Source: an uncultured Rikenella sp. (GTDB taxonomy: Bacteria > Bacteroidota > Bacteroidia > Bacteroidales > VadinHA17). From it: a stretch of DNA of 62,238 bases. Made by a program: the position numbers and the translations under genes. This document shows, one piece after another, positions 55,784-62,238 of the stretch. The first letter of the stretch is position 1, and every line of letters starts with the position of its first letter. The notes under the pieces are model-generated. The model saw only the letters and a list, made by a program, of their open reading frames with translations. It had not been told where the DNA came from and searched no databases. The DNA is taken from positions 25,942-88,179 of the forward strand of contig CAYPKP010000006.1 in the NCBI GenBank assembly GCA_964411345.1, given 5' to 3'.

Positions 55784-57454
55784 ATGGCAGGCAAGAATGC
55801 CAACCGCTCCCCGTGGGCATGGGTTCCTTCGCTCTATTTCTACCAGGGTATTCCCTACAGCATAGTGATGACCACCTCCGGGCTCATTTACAAGACCATG
55901 GGTGTCTCTGTGGCTTCGTTTGCCTTCTGGACGAGCATCCTCTATCTGCCCTGGGCGCTGAAGCCACTCTGGAGTCCCTATATAGATGTCGTATCGACAA
56001 AGCGCAACTGGGTGGTATGGACACAGCTGCTGATAGCGGCCACCTTCATCGGCGCAGGCCTGGCGATGCAGCTGCCGATGTTCTATCCCATCACCATAGC
56101 GATCTTTGCCATCATCGCTATCTCCTCTGCGAGCCATGATATTGCCGCCGACGGTTTCTACATGTATGCCCTCAACCAGCACAAGCAGGCCTATTTTGTA
56201 GGTATACGAAGCACCTTCTACCGTTTTGCCATGCTCACGGCGCTGGGCCTTATCCCGCTGGTTGCCGGGATAGTACAGAAGAACACCGGTCTTGAGCCTC
56301 TCGCTTTTGAGGCGAGATCAGTAAGCCTGGCCGACTATCAGCCTTTTGATCCTGCAACCATAGAGATCAAGGAAGAACCGGGAGAACCCCGGCTGCTTCT
56401 GTACCCTGAAGAGATTACCGTGCCGATGTGGGAGGCAGGGGTCTCCGAGCTCGACTCGGCAGTTGTCTTCATAGCCCTCTCCGCTCCCCCGGAAGAGGGG
56501 GAGACCATCGTTGTCAACATCGCCCGCGAAGGCGGAAGCAAGGATATCGATATACCCAGGAACCAGGTAAGCAGGTTCGAGTTCACCGGCAGCAACTGGG
56601 ACGTTCCTGCCGCCGTTTCGCTGAAAACGCACCATAACCTCAAGGAGGCCACAACGGCGGAGTTTGGCATCACCGCCGGGAATATAGCCTTCAGCTGGAC
56701 AGTCTCGCTGGGGGTGCTGGGGCTGCTGCTCCTCCTGCTGGCGCTCTACAACCGCTATATTCTTCCCCGGCCTGCGGAGAATGACATCCGTGAGAAGGTG
56801 AGCCTGAAGGTCTTTGTTGAGGTCTTCGTCTCCTTCTTCACCAAGCCTGGTGTTGTCGCCGCCCTGGCCTTCTTCCTGCTTTACAGGCTTGGCGAGGCAC
56901 AGCTGGTGAAGATTGCCACACCCTTCCTGGTCGATTCCAGAAGCATGGGAGGCATAGGTCTTACCTCGGCACAGTACGGCATCATCTACGGCACCCTGGG
57001 CATGGTCTGCCTGACCATAGGGGGCATCCTGGGCGGCATCCTGGCGGCGAAATACGGACTGAAGAAGCTGATCTGGTACATGGCTGTGGCAATGAACCTT
57101 CCCAACCTTGTATATGTCTATCTTGCCTATGCTCAGCCGATGCCCGGCGACCTGGGTGTCTATCTCTCCGTCGCCACCGAGCAGCTGGGTTACGGTTTCG
57201 GGTTCACGGCCTATTCTCTCTTCATGCTCTATTATGTGGGCGAGAGCAAATACAAGACCGCCGAGTTCGCCATAGGTACGTCACTGATGGCCCTGGGAAT
57301 GATGCTGCCGGGCATGGTGTCGGGAAAGATATTCGAGGCGATAGGCTATGAACACTTCTTTATCTGGGTGTTGATATGCACCATTCCGGGGATGCTCTCA
57401 ATACTGTTCCTGAAGATCGATCCCGGGTTTGGACTCAAGAAGAACGAAGGATAA
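55784..57454 (+). CDS. ampG: AmpG-family muropeptide MFS permease with ~129-aa insertion
   Basis: PWAWVPSLYF.QGIPY, LPWALKPLWSP, SASHDIAADGFY, GIRSTFYR, YRLGEAQL, EQLGYGFG, MMLPGMVSG. Confidence 0.88.
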   Translation: MAGKNANRSPWAWVPSLYFYQGIPYSIVMTTSGLIYKTMGVSVASFAFWTSILYLPWALKPLWSPYIDVVSTKRNWVVWTQLLIAATFIGAGLAMQLPMFYPITIAIFAIIAISSASHDIAADGFYMYALNQHKQAYFVGIRSTFYRFAMLTALGLIPLVAGIVQKNTGLEPLAFEARSVSLADYQPFDPATIEIKEEPGEPRLLLYPEEITVPMWEAGVSELDSAVVFIALSAPPEEGETIVVNIAREGGSKDIDIPRNQVSRFEFTGSNWDVPAAVSLKTHHNLKEATTAEFGITAGNIAFSWTVSLGVLGLLLLLLALYNRYILPRPAENDIREKVSLKVFVEVFVSFFTKPGVVAALAFFLLYRLGEAQLVKIATPFLVDSRSMGGIGLTSAQYGIIYGTLGMVCLTIGGILGGILAAKYGLKKLIWYMAVAMNLPNLVYVYLAYAQPMPGDLGVYLSVATEQLGYGFGFTAYSLFMLYYVGESKYKTAEFAIGTSLMALGMMLPGMVSGKIFEAIGYEHFFIWVLICTIPGMLSILFLKIDPGFGLKKNEG

Positions 57455-57471
57455 CAGTATCGGGGAGCGAC

Positions 57472-60400
57472 ATGGTAACGGAAGAGAAGTTCAGAAAGCT
57501 TGCGGAAGAGATCACCGGTGATCTCTATACTGACATTACACAGCGTATACTCTATGCCACGGATGCCTCGGCATACAGGGAGGTGCCCCTGGCAGTGACC
57601 AGGCCTGCCGGCCGTGATGATATAAAAAAGATAATTGCCTTTGCCCGTCGCGAGGGCACATCGGTCATCCCCCGCGGGGCCGGCACCTCGCTGGCAGGCC
57701 AGGTGGTGGGGCCGGGGATCGTCATGGACATCTCAAAACATCTGAACCGTATCCTTGAGTTCAACCCGGGGGAGCGCTGGGTTACGGTGGAACCCGGCGT
57801 GGTACTGGCGGAGCTGAACCGGTATGTGGCTCCTCACCGCCTGCAGTTCGGTCCCGAGACATCCACCGCAAACCGCTGCTGCATGGGAGGCATGCTGGGC
57901 AACAACTCATGCGGTGCTCACTCCATCATCCATGGCAGCGTGAGAGACCACATCCTCGAGGTTGATGCCGTTCTGTCCGACGGGTCAGAGGTCCATTTTG
58001 GCGCTCTCACCAGGGAGGAGTTCAACGCAAAGTGCGACGGTGACCCCGGACTGCTGGAGACGCAGATTTACAGAAATCTCCGAGACATCCTCTCCGATCA
58101 GCGAAATGCGGAGGAGATAGAGAGGGAGTTCCCTCATCCGGAGCTGCGGCGGCGAAACAACGGTTATGCCCTCGACATAATGCTGAGGACGGATCCATTT
58201 ACCGGTAACGGTGAGAAGATAAACGTTTGCAGGCTCCTGGCAGGTTCGGAAGGTACCCTGGCCTTCACCACGGTCATGAAGCTGAACCTGGTACCAGTCA
58301 CTGAACAGAAGACCGGGTTGCTCTGCGCCCACTTCAACAGCCTGCAGGATGCCGTCAGGGCTAACATTATCGTGCTTAAGCACTCGCCTGCCGCCGTGGA
58401 GCTGATAGATGACTATATCGTCAACTGCACCGGCGACAACATTGAGCAGAGCAAAAACCGCTTCTTCATCAAGGGCGATCCGAAGGCAATACTGCTGATT
58501 GAGATCATCCGGCCGACTTTTCAGGAGATAGAGAAGACAGCTTCGGCTATGGAGAGGGATATGATTGCTGCAGGCTACGGCTACCATTTTCCGCTTTATA
58601 CCGGTGCCGAAGAGATGGCGAGGGTGTGGGAGCTGCGCAGGGCCGGCCTGGGGGTGCTGCTCAATATCCCCGGCAGGAAGAAGAGCGTTCAGGTCATAGA
58701 GGATACCGCCGTGCTGCCGGAGCTCTTTCCCGGTTACCTGGAGGATGTCACTACCGTACTTGAGAAATACGGGCTGAGCTGCGCATACTACGCACATATT
58801 GCCACCGGAGAGCTGCATCTCAGTCCCCTGCTTGACCTGAAAGACCCTGCCGACATAGAGATATTTCACGGTCTGGCCAGGGATATAGCCCTTCTTGTAA
58901 AGAAGTACCGCGGTTCGCTCAGCGGCGAGCACGGCGACGGCAGGCTGAGGGGTGAGTTTATCCCCCTGATGCTCGGGGAGCATAACTACGAGCTGCTGAA
59001 GGCGATAAAGAAAACGTGGGATCCGGCTTCTGTATTCAATCCGGGAAAAATTACCGACACTCCCCCCATAACCGGCAACCTGAGGTATCCGGCAGGAGTC
59101 AGGATGAAGGTGCCGGGGATAGTCTTTGACTTTCCGGAGGAGGAGGGGCTGCTCTATGCCACGGAGAAGTGCAGCGGCTCGGCCGACTGCCGCAAGAGCG
59201 CCCTTGTGGGAGGCGCCATGTGCCCGACTTTCATGGCAACGGGCGACGAGGATAAGTCGACACGCGCCAGGGCAAATATCCTGAGGGAGTTCCTGACGAG
59301 ATCGGAAAAAACGAACCGGTTTGACCATGAGGAGATATACCGGGTGATGGATCTCTGCCTCTCATGCAAGGCATGCAAGGCCGAGTGTCCTTCAAACGTC
59401 GATGTGGCCAAGCTCAAGGCCGAGTTCCTGCAGCATTATTATGATATCCACCACGTGCCTTTCCGTGCATGGCTCATAGCATGGCTGCCACGGCTGTACA
59501 TCCCCGGCATGATGGTTCGTCCGCTTACCAACCTGGTGACCTCAACGGCTCTCTTCAAGCGCATCATTGGCTTCTCGGTGAAACGACCCATCCCTGCCCT
59601 CTCGCCCGTCACGTTAAGAGCATGGCAGAGACGTCACATCAGAAATAGCGTCGGATTTAATGGCAGTGCGGATGGAGCCGGGAGAAAATCGGTCACTGCT
59701 GCTACCGTCGGTTCCGGCACTGAAGATCACCTGCTGGGCAGCAGAGACCATCTCATATCGAAAGGCACCGTCTGCCTCTTTGCCGATGAGTTCACCAACT
59801 ACAACGAGAGCGACATTGGCATCAAGGCGGTGATGCTGCTTGAGAGACTGGGATACAATGTCATCATCCCGCGCCACAGGGAGAGCGGACGCACCTTCCT
59901 CTCCAAGGGACTGATACGGTCGGCACGCAGGCTGGCCCTGAAAAATATACTGATGCTGAAGGATGTTGTCTCCGAAGAACGGCCGCTGATAGGCATCGAG
60001 CCGTCAGCGCTCCTGACCTTCCGGGACGAGTATCCTGACATGGCAGGAGAGTCACTGGCTGAAGATGCGCGTAACATTGCGCGCAACGCACTCCTCTTTG
60101 AGGAATTCATCTCCCGCGAGGCGGACAGGGGTAATATCACGCCGGACCAGTTTACGGACCGGTCCCTGAAGATACTGCTGCACGGCCACTGCCAGCAGAA
60201 GGCGGTGGCATCGACTGCTCCCACCGTCACGATGCTGTCGCTGCCCCGCAACTACAGCGTTGAGGAGATAAATGACGGCTGCTGCGGCATGGCAGGAGCC
60301 TTCGGCTACGAAAAGGAGCACTATGACCTGAGCATGAAGATAGGCGAAATGGTGCTCTTTCCGGCTGTGCGGGCTGCAGAGGCTGAGACTGTAATAGCTG

Positions 60401-60501
60401 CACCGGGCACATCCTGCCGGCACCACATCGCTGACGGCACGGGACGCCGGGCGCTGCATCCGGTTGAGATAATGTATGACGCTCTTGAGAAACAGGATTG
60501 A
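57472..60501 (+). CDS. FAD-linked oxidase + [4Fe-4S] + CCG protein (YdiJ/GlcD-like D-2-hydroxyacid dehydrogenase)
   Basis: YATDASAY, PRGAGTSLAGQ, GGMLGNNSCG, GSEGTL, SGEHGDG, CSGSADC, CLSCKACKAECP, HGHCQQKA, CCGMAGAFG. Confidence 0.9.
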   Translation: MVTEEKFRKLAEEITGDLYTDITQRILYATDASAYREVPLAVTRPAGRDDIKKIIAFARREGTSVIPRGAGTSLAGQVVGPGIVMDISKHLNRILEFNPGERWVTVEPGVVLAELNRYVAPHRLQFGPETSTANRCCMGGMLGNNSCGAHSIIHGSVRDHILEVDAVLSDGSEVHFGALTREEFNAKCDGDPGLLETQIYRNLRDILSDQRNAEEIEREFPHPELRRRNNGYALDIMLRTDPFTGNGEKINVCRLLAGSEGTLAFTTVMKLNLVPVTEQKTGLLCAHFNSLQDAVRANIIVLKHSPAAVELIDDYIVNCTGDNIEQSKNRFFIKGDPKAILLIEIIRPTFQEIEKTASAMERDMIAAGYGYHFPLYTGAEEMARVWELRRAGLGVLLNIPGRKKSVQVIEDTAVLPELFPGYLEDVTTVLEKYGLSCAYYAHIATGELHLSPLLDLKDPADIEIFHGLARDIALLVKKYRGSLSGEHGDGRLRGEFIPLMLGEHNYELLKAIKKTWDPASVFNPGKITDTPPITGNLRYPAGVRMKVPGIVFDFPEEEGLLYATEKCSGSADCRKSALVGGAMCPTFMATGDEDKSTRARANILREFLTRSEKTNRFDHEEIYRVMDLCLSCKACKAECPSNVDVAKLKAEFLQHYYDIHHVPFRAWLIAWLPRLYIPGMMVRPLTNLVTSTALFKRIIGFSVKRPIPALSPVTLRAWQRRHIRNSVGFNGSADGAGRKSVTAATVGSGTEDHLLGSRDHLISKGTVCLFADEFTNYNESDIGIKAVMLLERLGYNVIIPRHRESGRTFLSKGLIRSARRLALKNILMLKDVVSEERPLIGIEPSALLTFRDEYPDMAGESLAEDARNIARNALLFEEFISREADRGNITPDQFTDRSLKILLHGHCQQKAVASTAPTVTMLSLPRNYSVEEINDGCCGMAGAFGYEKEHYDLSMKIGEMVLFPAVRAAEAETVIAAPGTSCRHHIADGTGRRALHPVEIMYDALEKQD

Positions 60502-60659
60502 CATGATTAATTGAGGATTGCAGCTTCCCGGAAAAGAGTCTGCATAAACAAACAGAGGGGATCGATGAAACCTGCCTGAGAGTAACCTCACAGGATCGAA
60601 TGATTATAATTTTTCATTCAGGTTGCATTCGAACAATGAAACAAAAACAAACCAATAGT

Positions 60660-62238
60660 ATGAAAACTGCAGTTTTGAGCAAGGTGGAACAGTCGTTCTT
60701 CGAACGGTCGGGCAGGAGAGAGCCAACGACAAAACTGCCATACGTGGTGGTCCCCAATTTTCCGGGTCTTGGCCTGCTGACGGCGCTGAGATTCCTGGAA
60801 TGGGTCGCCGCCAACCCTGACGGGGTGATAAGCCTCCCCACCGGCAAGACGCCGGAGTACTTCATCAAGTGGACGCAGTACCTGCTGAAGAACTGGAGTA
60901 AGGCTGAAGCCGTAAAGATACGTGAGGAGAACGGACTTTTCCTGGATGAGAAGCCTTCACTGCGAGGCCTTCACTTCGTGCAGATAGATGAGTTTTATCC
61001 CATTGACCCGCGCCAGCACAACAGCTTCTTTGATTATGTGAGCAAATATTACATAAAGGGCTTTGAGCTCGATCCTTCCAAAGCACTGCTGATCAACAGC
61101 GAAGAGATACCACTGGCAGAGGGCAGGCACTATTCGGAGGTTTTTCCTGACAGCCTTATAGACCTGAGCCTGAGGAACAGGGAGCCGCTCAGCCCGCTGG
61201 AGAGGCTGCAGCAGGCATCGATCTTCAGCATTGACAACTGGTGCACCAGATACGAGAAGAAGATCCGCGATCTTGGAGGGATAGGCTTCTTCCTGGGAGG
61301 AATAGGGCCTGACGGACATATAGCGTTCAACACACGGGGCAGTGACCATAACTCTGCCACCAGGCTCACGGCAACCAACTTCGAAACGCAGGCGGCATCG
61401 GCCGGCGACCTGGGAGGGATAGAGGTCTCCCGTACCAGGCTGGTGATCACAATAGGACTGGGGACGATTACCTGTGATCCGGATGCGGTATCGATTATAT
61501 TCGCCGCCGGCGATGCCAAGGCACATGTAGTCAGGGATGCTCTTGAGAACGGACCTGACAACCTTTATCCCGCCACCGTGCTCCAGGGACAGAAGAATGC
61601 ACGCTTTTACATCACTGACGGTGCTTCCGTTCAGCTTCACGATACCGTTGAGAGATACTACAGGGAGGGCGAGTGGACCTTCGAAAAGACCGAGAGAGCC
61701 ATCCATGACCTCTGCCGGAAGATCGACAAATATGCGCATAAGCTGGTTCTGGAAGATCTGCAGAACGATGAATACTGCTCGCTGATACCTGACCTTAGCC
61801 TGGACAGGGTCAGTGATGTGATAGAATCGACCAAAAGCAAGATTGAGTCGGGACTGAAGCGGGAGCGCAATGCCACGTTCTTCCATACCGGGCCGCACCA
61901 TGACGACATCATGCTCGGCATCTTTCCTGCAATCATACCACAACTGAGAGAGATAACCAACAAATTTCATTTTTCGGTTCTGACATCAGGATTCACCGCC
62001 GTTACCAACAGCATGCTGCTCGGACTGCTTGAGGAGACCCGGAGGCTGATAGGAATTGGCAAGGTGCAGATGCTGGAATACCCTGATTTCTTTGACCAGG
62101 GCTACAGGTTCAAGTGGGACAAGGATGTCAGCCACTATCTCGACAAGGTGGCTGACAAGGATGAGGCCGGCAAGCTGAGGGGAGTATGCCACCGGATTGT
62201 GAGGGCGATGGTAGATATTTACCGGCTGAAGTCGAAGG
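60660..62238 (+). CDS. nagB: Long glucosamine-6-phosphate deaminase (NagB) fused to a PIG-L/LmbE-like domain; truncated by window end and absent from the ORF track
   Basis: Hand translation: SLPTGKTP, VQIDEFYP, FLGGIGPDGHIAFN, ITIGLGTI, then HTGPHHDDIMLG (61893-61907) and SVLTSGFTAV; no stop before 62238. Confidence 0.85.
   Translation, partial: MKTAVLSKVEQSFFERSGRREPTTKLPYVVVPNFPGLGLLTALRFLEWVAANPDGVISLPTGKTPEYFIKWTQYLLKNWSKAEAVKIREENGLFLDEKPSLRGLHFVQIDEFYPIDPRQHNSFFDYVSKYYIKGFELDPSKALLINSEEIPLAEGRHYSEVFPDSLIDLSLRNREPLSPLERLQQASIFSIDNWCTRYEKKIRDLGGIGFFLGGIGPDGHIAFNTRGSDHNSATRLTATNFETQAASAGDLGGIEVSRTRLVITIGLGTITCDPDAVSIIFAAGDAKAHVVRDALENGPDNLYPATVLQGQKNARFYITDGASVQLHDTVERYYREGEWTFEKTERAIHDLCRKIDKYAHKLVLEDLQNDEYCSLIPDLSLDRVSDVIESTKSKIESGLKRERNATFFHTGPHHDDIMLGIFPAIIPQLREITNKFHFSVLTSGFTAVTNSMLLGLLEETRRLIGIGKVQMLEYPDFFDQGYRFKWDKDVSHYLDKVADKDEAGKLRGVCHRIVRAMVDIYRLKSK

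Noticed and set aside
57985-59328. 447-aa antisense ORF (likewise 60957-61970, 49776-50723, 9005-9742, 26525-27262, 25123-25833)
   Set aside because: Shadow frames fully opposite well-supported genes; no motifs; expected from GC-rich codon bias

Overview
62-kb chromosomal window from a GC-rich Bacteroidota (Bacteroidales-like) bacterium. Taxonomic evidence: TAnnTTTG -7 promoter elements, signal peptides cleaved before Gln, a T9SS C-terminal domain, and A-rich, mostly SD-less starts. No integrase, transposase, cas gene or rRNA was seen. The left third is mixed housekeeping, redox and accessory genes: two tRNA-Pro, ldhA, exported MnSOD and GPx, pfkA, abgT, a lower-GC patch, DUF1338 and an orphan RACo-like ASKHA protein. 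The middle holds a VPS10/BNR gene whose N-terminus looks fused from an M1 peptidase, four tandem-repeat tracts lying just behind stop codons (including a ~190-bp heptamer tract), a translationally coupled five-gene heterodisulfide-reductase-like cluster (HdrC-HdrB-mini HdrA-HdrC-HdrF-like, without Mvh/Flox partners), purL and a photolyase. The right third (~40.9-62.2 kb, running off the end) is a divergent cell-wall (peptidoglycan) scavenging locus: MurK-like kinase, MurQ, GntR, secreted GH18, PBP-like hydrolase, amidase, GT2, DUF4922, SpoIID/LytB, GH9-CE4 fusion, AmpG with an inserted periplasmic domain, FAD/FeS 2-hydroxyacid dehydrogenase and a NagB-PIG-L fusion. This locus and the Hdr-like cluster are the strongest candidates for undescribed systems. 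All family calls come from motif recognition by eye; no database search was run.
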